Below, in pieces: positions 32,588 to 41,713 of a stretch of DNA of 64,000 bases. The notes below the pieces were generated by a model. It saw nothing but the letters and a program-made list of their open reading frames with translations. It was not told where the DNA came from and did not search any database. Origin of the DNA: a virus. The stretch is taken from IMG/VR virus record IMGVR_UViG_3300042013_000065. The stretch is one strand, 5' to 3'. Numbering within the stretch: position 1 is the stretch's first letter; each line of letters begins with the position of its first letter. The translations under genes and the position numbers were made by a program.

Positions 32588-32598
32588 AGGAAAACGTT

Positions 32599-33042
32599 AT
32601 GAATATCAGTCCAAACTATACCGATCTTGACGTGGGTTTCGACCTCGTTGCGATTAAAAACAAAATCGACAATACGCCGCCCCGCAATGTGCTGCGCGCT
32701 GCCGAGGACATGGCAGAGTTTGTGCTGGAACCATTGCGCAACGCTTACAACTTTCGGATCGTCAGTTGGTATCGCTCGCCTACACTGGAACGCGAATACA
32801 GCAAACCGGGTTTCTTCGATTGGTGCCGTCAAAACAAATTGACGTGCAGTGATAAAAACTGGTTTGATTACATACAGCAAAAACAACACGTCACAGGGCA
32901 TGCAGTTTCTATCGTGTCCAATGACCTCGAAATGATTTACGAATATTTGCAGTCGGAAGAATTCGACATTTTGCAGATGCGTGACAATTACATTCACATA
33001 TCGTTTGTGAAGGGTGCCAATCGGCGCCTGATTCTGAAGTAA
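32599..33042 (+). CDS. Peptidase M15-like protein (endolysin candidate, atypical active site)
   Basis: LEPLR..SWYRS..QHxxGxAxS..IHIS. Confidence 0.75.
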   Translation: MNISPNYTDLDVGFDLVAIKNKIDNTPPRNVLRAAEDMAEFVLEPLRNAYNFRIVSWYRSPTLEREYSKPGFFDWCRQNKLTCSDKNWFDYIQQKQHVTGHAVSIVSNDLEMIYEYLQSEEFDILQMRDNYIHISFVKGANRRLILK

Positions 33043-33051
33043 ATTCGAAGC

Positions 33052-33093
33052 AAAAAAAAGCCCCGTTTCCGTGATTGGATTCGGGGCTTTTTT
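33052..33093. terminator. Bidirectional intrinsic terminator between convergent regions
   Basis: A8-GCCCCG...CGGGGC-T6. Confidence 0.9.
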
Positions 33094-33103
33094 CGTTTCT
33101 GCG

Positions 33104-33697
33104 CTACGTGTACAGTGTCCACTTCTTGAAAATGTGTTGCGCTGCTGATTCCCAAATTCCCAATCCGGTAGAAGGCAATTGCATGCACAACGTTTTGAAT
33201 TTGTCTGCGTTGGGAATATCGTTTGCGTTCCACGCCATGCGTACGAATTTCGGATTCAGTTCAATGAACGAAGTGAACACCGCGTGGTACGTCGCCACCT
33301 CTTCGTCAGTACAACCCTGTAGGAAGGCCACAGAGAGCGCCTGAAGGTCGTTAGAACGCGCCACAGGGCGACTCATGGCACGATGTAGGGCGTTGACCAC
33401 CGTACGCATGTCGTGCGCCACCATCGTGTCGAAATCCGGGTACACGAACATAGGGTGAAAGTTCGTCGTCTCCGGCATTACGCACGTGTGCACAGCAGTC
33501 AACCACGCACCGGCTTCAACAAACGGTTGGTTGTGCACAATGAATGGTTCAGGGCAATTCAACTCCGCAATCGCTTCAGGAAACATGCAATTGTGCGAGT
33601 AATACGTAATGCCTTTGTCGATGTACGCAGGCAGCAAATCAATTCGCCCGGTAGTCAACAAGCGATCAAGTTGCGACAAGGATAAAAACAATCTCAT
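33104..33697 (-). CDS. Hypothetical protein
   Basis: 197-aa ORF with ATGA coupling. Confidence 0.75.
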   Translation of the reverse strand: MRLFLSLSQLDRLLTTGRIDLLPAYIDKGITYYSHNCMFPEAIAELNCPEPFIVHNQPFVEAGAWLTAVHTCVMPETTNFHPMFVYPDFDTMVAHDMRTVVNALHRAMSRPVARSNDLQALSVAFLQGCTDEEVATYHAVFTSFIELNPKFVRMAWNANDIPNADKFKTLCMQLPSTGLGIWESAAQHIFKKWTLYT

Positions 33698-33939
33698 GCA
33701 GTGATTTCCTGTAGGCGAATCGCGAACCTGTCAAACTTCAAATAGTCGGCGAGCGCTTTCGCAGTATCCAATTGAGAACACGTCAGGCGGTTCGGTGAAT
33801 CAATCCGCCACAGCGTGAATATCTTTCCAGACTGGTGAAGCAATTCGTAACCGTACGTTTTCCCATCAAGTGCAACAACGCTAAGTGAAAGCAGTTCGCC
33901 GCGCATTTTAAGCGCTTGTTTTTTATTTAGTGAGAGCAT
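33694..33939 (-). CDS. Hypothetical protein
   Basis: ORF in the packed - strand array. Confidence 0.7.
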   Translation of the reverse strand: MLSLNKKQALKMRGELLSLSVVALDGKTYGYELLHQSGKIFTLWRIDSPNRLTCSQLDTAKALADYLKFDRFAIRLQEITA

Positions 33940-33988
33940 TCATTTCTCGATCTTACGACCGGCCTGTGTAGTGGATGATACCTAGAAA

Positions 33989-34234
33989 TTACTGTGAATC
34001 TTTTTGCAGGATTGCCAAGGCCCAATCCGACCGCGACGGCATTTCGACTTCGACAAACACACAGTCTTTGTATTTGATCGCGAATTTAGGAACGACATCA
34101 CCTTCGACCAGAATGTATTGATAGCGACCACCGCACGTATGCCGAGCGCGACACATTGAAGTCTGCCCTTCGTCAATATCGTGCTTCAGGTAGGCTTTGC
34201 CGTCTTCCAATTCATCCCAATTCAGAACGTTCAT
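33989..34234 (-). CDS. Small paralogue family A, member 4
   Basis: L.WDE..DG.Y ... FVEV..P. Confidence 0.7.
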   Translation of the reverse strand: MNVLNWDELEDGKAYLKHDIDEGQTSMCRARHTCGGRYQYILVEGDVVPKFAIKYKDCVFVEVEMPSRSDWALAILQKDSQ

Positions 34235-34506
34235 TGCTCGCCCAATTCGTAATGTTCGTCACAGATGGTCACAGCACCACCGGGGCCAGAACCTGTACCG
34301 GGCCGACCGACGTTGTGTTCTGTGATTGGCACGAAGCGCAACAGAGGCAATTCCACATCGCTGACAGCCACGGTGTTACGGTTGTCGATGAAATGCAAAT
34401 AATTGCCGAAGTAGCGAACGCGCAAAGCTTGTGCATCTGGCAAATTCGTTTGCGTCATCCAGTAAAGGCCGTGTTCGATTTCTTCGAACGTTAATGCGCC
34501 GCTCAT
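34231..34506 (-). CDS. Small paralogue family A, member 3
   Basis: LTFEE..GLYW ... LRFVPI. Confidence 0.75.
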   Translation of the reverse strand: MSGALTFEEIEHGLYWMTQTNLPDAQALRVRYFGNYLHFIDNRNTVAVSDVELPLLRFVPITEHNVGRPGTGSGPGGAVTICDEHYELGEQ

Positions 34507-34733
34507 AAATCCAGTTCTCCAAACATTGGCTCGACCACCGGAACGAAACGCAGAATTTCCAGCTTCAGTGCTTTCGCTGGTTCACGCCATGCGCGGCCCA
34601 TCGCAGCGAAGTAAACAGCGCCATCATTCACGGCCTGATACAGCTCGACCAGATTGGGTCTGTCTTCCGGGCGTTGGATATTGAAACACCAGTAAAAACC
34701 CATCGGACATTCTTCGAATTTAAACCCTTTCAA
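34503..34733 (-). CDS. Small paralogue family A, member 2
   Basis: FKFEE..GFYW ... LRFVPV..P.F.EL. Confidence 0.75.
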   Translation of the reverse strand: MKGFKFEECPMGFYWCFNIQRPEDRPNLVELYQAVNDGAVYFAAMGRAWREPAKALKLEILRFVPVVEPMFGELDL

Positions 34734-34978
34734 AATTCCAACTCCGAGTATTTTGGTGGAACGATGGGAACGAAAACGACTGTATCAACAATGTCGTCAA
34801 TGTGTGCAATGTCTGAATCGTCGAGGCCAGCATTTGCACCGATTACGTAAGTGCAGCCGTCGTTCTCGACAATCGTAACGGATGATGGGTCTTCGTGCTG
34901 GTACTCAGGATCTGAATCAAACATCCAGTATTTACCCGGCCCAACATCTGCGTGACGAATCGCTTTAATCTTTTTCAC
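34730..34978 (-). CDS. Small paralogue family A, member 1
   Basis: GKYW ... FVPI.PP.Y.EL. Confidence 0.75.
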   Translation of the reverse strand: MKKIKAIRHADVGPGKYWMFDSDPEYQHEDPSSVTIVENDGCTYVIGANAGLDDSDIAHIDDIVDTVVFVPIVPPKYSELEF

Positions 34979-35301
34979 AAACGACCCTCAATTAAATCCT
35001 TCACAGTTAGGCCGTGGCACTGCTTCGGAAAGCAATGACAAAGTAACCGAATGTTTTGACCGGCGTTGTAAAGTGCCCGTAACTTTTCGATACGCCGGAA
35101 ATACTTACCACGTTTCGCCATACGCTTGACTGCATAGACTTTGTACATCTGGCAGACTTCTTTCCGTGTACCGTTAACGCCTTTCGGATTTGGATTACCG
35201 AAAATCGTTTTGCGATCAACACGAACGTCTAGCACACCGGGCAACGGATCATCACCGACACGGCCAATTATGACTGTGCCGGTAGAAAACATTCCTGCCA
35301 T
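34975..35301 (-). CDS. DUF4326-like protein
   Basis: VDR..IFGNP ... L.CHC.P..CHG. Confidence 0.8.
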   Translation of the reverse strand: MAGMFSTGTVIIGRVGDDPLPGVLDVRVDRKTIFGNPNPKGVNGTRKEVCQMYKVYAVKRMAKRGKYFRRIEKLRALYNAGQNIRLLCHCFPKQCHGLTVKDLIEGRL

Positions 35302-35897
35302 TACCCAAGCGATTTCAGCAGGGATTTCAGGGAGCGCAGTTTTTCCAGCTCTTCCGAATTCGAGGACAAATCATTTTCGATCTGTGCCGAGATATCAACC
35401 AGACGCGAAGCGAAAGCTTTGTGACTTTTTGCAACTTGTTCGGCGAAGTCACCGAAATCTACAGCCAGTTCAGTCAGCAGCTCGACAGCGCTAACCGTTT
35501 TGGCTTCAGATGCAACAACAGCCGGGGCTTTATTGGACACGTCTTTATTTCCTTGCGGGGGATTTTTTGGAACAAACTTTTCTTCGCGAATGATCATACC
35601 GTTAGGCGTGTAGCCTGCGGGTGTTGCATCACGCAAATACGGCTGTTCGACAGTCTTGTGTTTCACGGCTTCACGCTGGAAAAAATCAGGCTTTGGCTCG
35701 CGAATCAAACCAGCGTCTTTCATTTCACCCAAGCATGCACGCACAACGCGAAAGGCTGTACTTGTGGCGCCACCTTTTGTCATTGCGCGGTGAATGTCTG
35801 TGCACGACCACGATTCCTGAATGGGAACAAACGGAAACGTTTTCTGCGCTAGCGTAGATACGCCATTGAGTAATTGCGTTTGTCTGGATTCTTTCAT
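35301..35897 (-). CDS. Putative wHTH plus coiled-coil protein
   Basis: Helical N-terminus ending L.EM..AGLIRE; C-terminal heptads. Confidence 0.7.
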   Translation of the reverse strand: MKESRQTQLLNGVSTLAQKTFPFVPIQESWSCTDIHRAMTKGGATSTAFRVVRACLGEMKDAGLIREPKPDFFQREAVKHKTVEQPYLRDATPAGYTPNGMIIREEKFVPKNPPQGNKDVSNKAPAVVASEAKTVSAVELLTELAVDFGDFAEQVAKSHKAFASRLVDISAQIENDLSSNSEELEKLRSLKSLLKSLG

Positions 35898-36217
35898 TAC
35901 GCAGACGCCGTGAATTGCTCGGGATAAATCAGTGGCGACGACAGCATGTGAAAATCAGTGCCTGTCGCGTCTTCACTATGGTTGAAAAGGTACAGCTTGT
36001 TTTCCTCGGTCACGGAAATGACGGCGAGCAATTCAAGCTGCGTGGTGGCCGGATAATTGCTAGCCCCACGTACAGAATGTTTGCGGTGAACGATCATGAC
36101 AGGTTTGTCAGGAAACACTTCACTCAAATACGTTTGAATCGGGAAACCAATATGTGGTCGCGCCGCTTCAATGCGGTCACAAAGGAACTGACCTTGTTCA
36201 TGCTTATTCATCTGCAT
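35897..36217 (-). CDS. Hypothetical protein
   Basis: Coupled ORF. Confidence 0.7.
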   Translation of the reverse strand: MQMNKHEQGQFLCDRIEAARPHIGFPIQTYLSEVFPDKPVMIVHRKHSVRGASNYPATTQLELLAVISVTEENKLYLFNHSEDATGTDFHMLSSPLIYPEQFTASA

Positions 36218-36219
36218 TT

Positions 36220-36489
36220 TTAGTCTCGCTGAAGTTTGTTCGTGTACATGTAGAGCTTCATTCGTGCGATAACTTCAGCACGATAATCGCGATCAAGAAT
36301 CGTCATGCCAAGCGCGGTTTCCACCAGCTCCAGAATCTGAAAATCCCACCACTTGTTCAAACGTGCCTGATCAACAAATTCGCCCCAGCTAATGCGAGCG
36401 CCGCTATCGACAATTTCCTGAATGGCTACGTCGAGTGGCATACCGTGCGTGGCCTTCAGCTCAAACAGCTTCTTACCTGAAAAGATCAT
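36220..36489 (-). CDS. Small protein resembling an alanyl-tRNA synthetase helical segment
   Basis: SGKKLFELKATHGMPLD vs the AlaRS G..AF.LYDTYGFP.D motif. Confidence 0.65.
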   Translation of the reverse strand: MIFSGKKLFELKATHGMPLDVAIQEIVDSGARISWGEFVDQARLNKWWDFQILELVETALGMTILDRDYRAEVIARMKLYMYTNKLQRD

Positions 36490-36501
36490 TTTGATTGCCT
36501 G

Positions 36502-37239
36502 TTAGGGTACGGTGTACTCAATAACCTTTACAGTTTCTTCACTGCACAAACTGTCGTAAAAAGCGTGTGCAGAATGCTCTTCCTGAATGGCTTTCTTCAG
36601 CGTGAGTGTACGCGCTGTGACAATGCAACCCGGTGTGAGGAATGCCCGCAAACCAAACGGTGCGTAACAGTCACGTACACCATTCGGGAACACATGAAAA
36701 CCGGAAGGAAGTTCACGGCCACGCTCTTCAACGTTGGCGACACGCAGGTCAAAGCCATTGTAAGAAGCGTTGCCAATTTCGTCGAACGTGTCGTCTTCGT
36801 TGAACTGCGCGAAAATGGTACGGAATTTTGGAATCAGACCGAAGAGCGGAACGCCGCCAATTTCAACGCGAACAATAGGACTGATTGTGTCGAACTCTTC
36901 AACGAAACGTGCGCCGATGCAATCCAGTTTCTGCATCGTTGTAACAGCCTCACGCAGCAGCAAAACTTTTGTTTCGAACTTGACCTTGTGTTCGAACATG
37001 TTGCGTACAACGAAATCGTAAACGTCTTCGAAAGAATCTAAAAACTCCATGTTGTCTTGGTAGTTTCCATTACCTTCAAAACGGATGCGGGCCTTGCCGT
37101 AAATGGTCACGTTCCCGTTCGGTGTTTTCAGGAAGTGACGGCCAACGTCGCAGAAGTAATTGTCTTCTTCTGCTTCACGGAAATAAAACTTGCCGCCCAG
37201 CAATGATTCCAATGCAGCCAACAGCTTTTCAAAATCCAT
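36502..37239 (-). CDS. Paralogue family B member
   Basis: FEK..LG N-terminus; V.IGG.PLF.L. Confidence 0.75.
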   Translation of the reverse strand: MDFEKLLAALESLLGGKFYFREAEEDNYFCDVGRHFLKTPNGNVTIYGKARIRFEGNGNYQDNMEFLDSFEDVYDFVVRNMFEHKVKFETKVLLLREAVTTMQKLDCIGARFVEEFDTISPIVRVEIGGVPLFGLIPKFRTIFAQFNEDDTFDEIGNASYNGFDLRVANVEERGRELPSGFHVFPNGVRDCYAPFGLRAFLTPGCIVTARTLTLKKAIQEEHSAHAFYDSLCSEETVKVIEYTVP

Positions 37240-37928
37240 TACAGCACCTCGAAATCAACAAACTTGCGGTAGCGGGGCGTCGTCAATTCACGGTACGTAT
37301 CGTTGTTGGGCAACGGCTTGTTCGTGATAATCGTAGTGATGAATTCATTGATGTTGTAGCGGATATTGCTACCCAACAAACCCTGAATATCGTCACACAT
37401 TGCGAAGCCGTTTTCGTCTACTTCCATCGAGCCTGTTTCGCCCGTAGGCCATTTGCGGCGATGAATGTATTCAGGACGAATCGACCAGCCGTCACCAGAA
37501 CCGTGCGCCTCATGGTGTGCATGCTCGCCGTACATGGTGAACGCATACAAAGCCACACCAGTGTCATGCAAAAAGAACGTCGCTTTCGGGTGACATTTTT
37601 CTACGCTTTCCAACACGCTGATTTGCAGCGCAGGATTGATCGCGGCCAAATGTTCTGCAATTTCAGCACGCAAAGCAAGCACGTTTTTATCAAAGTCGAT
37701 TCGTGCTTCGTCAGCCAGTTTAACCAGCTCTTCGTAGCAAATCGTCCAGTCTCCATTTTCCGTTTCCAGAAAGTCAGTGCGTTCCGGCGTCTGGATAAAC
37801 AGGCTGTCTTCGTTGTTTGCCATTTCGATAATTACGTGAGGGCCGTCGATGCACATTTCATTATCACGCATGCCAACTGCAACGCCGATGTAGGCGCTTG
37901 CCTTAACCAGAAATTCTTCGCGATTCAT
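37239..37928 (-). CDS. Paralogue family B member
   Basis: ATFFLH....LYAF. Confidence 0.75.
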   Translation of the reverse strand: MNREEFLVKASAYIGVAVGMRDNEMCIDGPHVIIEMANNEDSLFIQTPERTDFLETENGDWTICYEELVKLADEARIDFDKNVLALRAEIAEHLAAINPALQISVLESVEKCHPKATFFLHDTGVALYAFTMYGEHAHHEAHGSGDGWSIRPEYIHRRKWPTGETGSMEVDENGFAMCDDIQGLLGSNIRYNINEFITTIITNKPLPNNDTYRELTTPRYRKFVDFEVL

Positions 37929-38416
37929 TTACCGTCTCTCGCTTTGTTGTAGGCCACGCGCATTGGCGTATGCAGGTCTAAATGTGGGCCGAGCATCGTG
38001 ATACCTATTTCGCATTTCCAATCGTTCACGTAAAGCCGTGCAATGGCTTCTTTCGTTTCGAAGTCGGCAATGGTGATGGTCAGGCTTTGTCCTTCAGTCC
38101 CATGCACTGCAAAAGTTTTGAAACGTTTTGGGAAGTGCGGACGCATCAGAACATAGCGCTCTTTAATAGCCGTAGCCATCACGCGATAGTCACCGTGAGA
38201 ATTGATAACACGGCGGCGCAGCTCTTTGAAATCAATTTCATCGTCTGCATAAAAACGCAGCTTTTCCGAACCCGTGAACGCGATGTCAACCAAACCATTT
38301 CGACCAAATTCCGCACGTAGATACGGCGTACAAATGATCACAAAGTTTTCGTTAGATCGGCGCAAGAACTTTGTTGGCAGGAGCTGGCAAAATTGAGTAA
38401 TCAGGTCTTCGTTCAT
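37925..38416 (-). CDS. Probable shortened family B member
   Basis: Similar helix-strands-helix layout. Confidence 0.65.
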   Translation of the reverse strand: MNEDLITQFCQLLPTKFLRRSNENFVIICTPYLRAEFGRNGLVDIAFTGSEKLRFYADDEIDFKELRRRVINSHGDYRVMATAIKERYVLMRPHFPKRFKTFAVHGTEGQSLTITIADFETKEAIARLYVNDWKCEIGITMLGPHLDLHTPMRVAYNKARDGK

Positions 38417-38729
38417 TTTCGTAGCCTATCTGGATTTCCAACAGGCGGGCACGCATCCGGTCAGCGATCAATTCGCTTTCCGCGTTATCCCAACCAGTTT
38501 CAATTTTGAATTTGTTGTTCGTGAAATAGTGTGCCATAACAGCGACACGCCGGGAAATATTTATCACACGAACACTGGCCCACGTTACGTTAGCGATGTT
38601 TGGTTCGTTACCGATTCCGTTTGTTGTACTTTCCACATGAACACTGGTGGCGCCCGACGCTTTTACCGCTTCGTGCAAAGCAACCTGCGCACTGTTCAAA
38701 TAAATATCGTGGGGCGTCATCCAGTTCAT
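38352..38729 (-). CDS. Hypothetical protein
   Basis: AAGG RBS; overlaps the next gene. Confidence 0.65.
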   Translation of the reverse strand: MNWMTPHDIYLNSAQVALHEAVKASGATSVHVESTTNGIGNEPNIANVTWASVRVINISRRVAVMAHYFTNNKFKIETGWDNAESELIADRMRARLLEIQIGYENERRPDYSILPAPANKVLAPI

Positions 38730-38737
38730 GTTTTACC

Positions 38738-39169
38738 TTACGCGAGTTTGCGAATTTCAGTCAGGAAGTTGTGATGCTCACGGCTCAACTTGTCACGAGC
38801 TTCTGCAAGGGTGAACCACTTGCGTTTACGTACGGTTTTTTCATCCCAATGTTCTGCTTCTTCACGGAACTCCATAGCGTACATATCGACGATCTGGAAA
38901 GCAGAATCTTTGATGTAGGTGAACTGCCCAAGTTTCTTGGTCACTTTACCGTACACGCCCGCTTCTTCCATGCACTCTTTTGCCGCGTTTTCTTTCTTGG
39001 TGATACCCTTTTCAACACCACCTTTTGTGAAGCCCCACCACGCGCCTTTCTTCAGCTTCTTGACCAACAACACTTGGCGCACGCCGTCAACATCACGGTA
39101 AGGAATGCAGCCAGATTGAAAACGCGTTTTGGTTGGAATGTTACGAGCGATTGCGATTTGAACTTGCAT
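38738..39169 (-). CDS. Nudix hydrolase
   Basis: SGCIPYR, LLV, W.F.KGGVE..G....AAKEC.EEAGV Nudix box. Confidence 0.92.
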   Translation of the reverse strand: MQVQIAIARNIPTKTRFQSGCIPYRDVDGVRQVLLVKKLKKGAWWGFTKGGVEKGITKKENAAKECMEEAGVYGKVTKKLGQFTYIKDSAFQIVDMYAMEFREEAEHWDEKTVRKRKWFTLAEARDKLSREHHNFLTEIRKLA

Positions 39170-39223
39170 TGTAAACCCTGTGCAAAAGTTGGGAAAACTC
39201 TGTGTCTCCCCTTCCCTTTTAAA

Positions 39224-40117
39224 TTACCCTACGCACATAGGTGCAAGCATGCTGATTTCTGCAAACTCACGTCCATTCGGTTCGAAGTCGTCGGGCAACC
39301 GGAAAGCGAAAACTGTTTCTGTAATGTCTTTGGACAAGTGATAGTCGTACAGACCATTCACAACGCCGAACAAGTCACGTGCAACAACTTGTTGAATCTT
39401 CAGCGTGTCGATCATCATTACTTTACAGTTTCTGAAACCGAGGATTGCCTTGTCAGCTTCGTCACCGGGGTAAACTTCGTACCATTCCGTTCGGGTTTGA
39501 TGCTCGCCGGTAAGCGTGTGTGGAAAACTGACCGTTGCTTTGCGCAAACAGCCTTCGTGTCGATGTTCAAACCACGGCATAACTTCGTCGAGGAACCGTT
39601 GTGGTTCAGCCACGGGATCGTAAGGCAACCGGAACGAACGACGACGGGTAACGCGGCCTTGCTTGGCAATCAAAAACAGTTCGTTGTTATCCAGCAAACG
39701 AACGCGGAAACTCAGCACGTCCACGTCGTTCCAGATTTCAGAATTACGCAGGCTCAATTCCATATCTTTCTGACGAACACTGACAACGACTTTCGTTTCA
39801 ATACCCTTCTGCTCAATGCGCAGGTCATACGGTGCGTCTTTGTACTGGTCAACAATGAGGTTTGCCAGCTTGGTGTTAATGCCCACGTATTTTGCAGCGT
39901 GTTTGTTTGCCTTGCTAACCAGCAGCGCGAGTGCAGTAGGGTCGATGTCGATAGGGTGAACATCCGTACGGTGGTAGCCATCAACACGTACAACGACGCC
40001 AGCCAGTCTCATTTCGTCAAAGGAAAGTTCTACAAAATCTTTTTCGTAATACTGATCGTAGGTCTTCTTAGCACCGATGGCATCCATCAATTCTACGAAC
40101 TTTTCGAATTCAGTCAT
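39224..40117 (-). CDS. Paralogue family B member
   Basis: Start MTEFEK with GAGG RBS. Confidence 0.75.
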   Translation of the reverse strand: MTEFEKFVELMDAIGAKKTYDQYYEKDFVELSFDEMRLAGVVVRVDGYHRTDVHPIDIDPTALALLVSKANKHAAKYVGINTKLANLIVDQYKDAPYDLRIEQKGIETKVVVSVRQKDMELSLRNSEIWNDVDVLSFRVRLLDNNELFLIAKQGRVTRRRSFRLPYDPVAEPQRFLDEVMPWFEHRHEGCLRKATVSFPHTLTGEHQTRTEWYEVYPGDEADKAILGFRNCKVMMIDTLKIQQVVARDLFGVVNGLYDYHLSKDITETVFAFRLPDDFEPNGREFAEISMLAPMCVG

Positions 40118-40907
40118 TGCAATCTTCCTCACGCACACGGAACACTTTCGGCTCACGTACTACAAGCGGCGTTAAAGTTACATCGTTTGCAAAGCTGATT
40201 ACGAACATGTCCTGCTTTCGCGAACGACCTTCGAAATTCAGAATGAGTTGCATGTTTTCATCGTCGCAAACTTCACGAACTACACACGACTTTTTCTCGA
40301 TACCGATGCACGGATTTTCCAGCATGACTGCGGCGAAAACGTGTGGTTGTTCAGTGGTGATAATCTTGGTGCCTTCACTGATCAATTGCCCACGACGATA
40401 TTTATGTGCGTGCTGGCAAGCCTTGACGATATCTTCTGGAACTTCCAGTTCTTCGTCGAGGTCAGGGCACCAAATATCCATAACCAATTTTTGGTCACGG
40501 CCTTCGTGATCAAAAGAAGCCTGTAGCGCGAAAAGATTGGTGCCATGCAACGTGAACGAAGCGCGTGCGCGTGACTCGACTTTAAGATCCAGTTCCAACC
40601 CGCGCTGACTCAGAATGCTTTGTACATTCAAGCAAAACGCTTTGAATTTATCCATGCAGTCGTTACGAATTTCGATGCAGGTTTCAACGTGCTTTTGCAT
40701 GTACCGTAGATTTTCTACGCGTTTCCCGCGCTGTACGTTGTCGCGAATCATTACGGAAAAACGACGTGATGTATTGCGCAGACCAACAGCAGGTAAGGTC
40801 ACACGGATATCGCCGAGCGCCAATGTGGTGCCGTTGACTTTCGAGAAACCTTTTTCAAGCAGATATGCTTCTGCCTGTGCGCACAATTCTTTAATTCCGT
40901 TATCCAT
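40110..40907 (-). CDS. Paralogue family B member
   Basis: LLEKGF; ASFTLHGTNLFAL. Confidence 0.8.
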   Translation of the reverse strand: MDNGIKELCAQAEAYLLEKGFSKVNGTTLALGDIRVTLPAVGLRNTSRRFSVMIRDNVQRGKRVENLRYMQKHVETCIEIRNDCMDKFKAFCLNVQSILSQRGLELDLKVESRARASFTLHGTNLFALQASFDHEGRDQKLVMDIWCPDLDEELEVPEDIVKACQHAHKYRRGQLISEGTKIITTEQPHVFAAVMLENPCIGIEKKSCVVREVCDDENMQLILNFEGRSRKQDMFVISFANDVTLTPLVVREPKVFRVREEDCND

Positions 40908-41713
40908 TATTCGTTCCAGTTTTTAGGAGGGTGAATAGACGCTTTGAAATCCACGCAGTAATCGGTAATGGTGCCGATTACATCAGGCCGGAAATGCTTT
41001 TTGCAATTGGTGATTGGCTTGCGTAGTGCCGTGACGATTTCAACCGTCTCTTTGCGAACCTTTTTGATGCCGACACGCAGCATATCAGGCAGCGCATTTA
41101 CAATGTGCCGATAGTGGTACGTCGAAGAATAATCGACACGATCAACAGGATTTTCTGGCGAAATGTCGCCCAGCGATTCCACACAGAAAACTTCTTTGAT
41201 GTTGCGGTCAACGTCTTCACCATCAACGACAATGCTGCTGTCGCCGAAGAAAAATTCCATACCGAAATCATGACGTACTTGCATACGGAAAAGATCAATA
41301 GGCTCAGGGCCGCGTACGAATTCAGGTTCGACACGGAAACGAGAGTAGCCGTCGATTTCGTAATACTGAACAGGAACGCCGCACGCGTTGAAATGCTTTG
41401 CAACTTTGTCGGCGTATTCCATCTGGAAACACTTACGTTTTGTTGCGTTGGAGCAAATCAGTTTGAATACAACTTCCGGCGATTTTACTCCCTTTTGACG
41501 GTAGTATTTTTCCATCAGGTCACGCGGTTCAAAATTCTCCCAATCAAGGGAAGCGTAAAGCTCTTCGTACGAATATTCGAAAACCGCGACACGCCCCTGA
41601 ATTGTGGCAATCACTTCACCGAAATAAAACGAATAGTCGTCCCCGGTGCCTTCAGTCATACCCAAGGCGAGCAACGCGTCTTTCAACGCGGCATGTTCAA
41701 GCAACTGTCCCAT
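40907..41713 (-). CDS. Paralogue family B member
   Basis: LLALGM; DLFRM; ALPDMLRVGI. Confidence 0.8.
   Translation of the reverse strand: MGQLLEHAALKDALLALGMTEGTGDDYSFYFGEVIATIQGRVAVFEYSYEELYASLDWENFEPRDLMEKYYRQKGVKSPEVVFKLICSNATKRKCFQMEYADKVAKHFNACGVPVQYYEIDGYSRFRVEPEFVRGPEPIDLFRMQVRHDFGMEFFFGDSSIVVDGEDVDRNIKEVFCVESLGDISPENPVDRVDYSSTYHYRHIVNALPDMLRVGIKKVRKETVEIVTALRKPITNCKKHFRPDVIGTITDYCVDFKASIHPPKNWNE

Noticed and set aside
38600-40198. 532-aa + strand ORF (also 54220-55563, 57880-58935)
   Set aside because: Antisense to coherent, coupled - strand genes that include clear Nudix motifs
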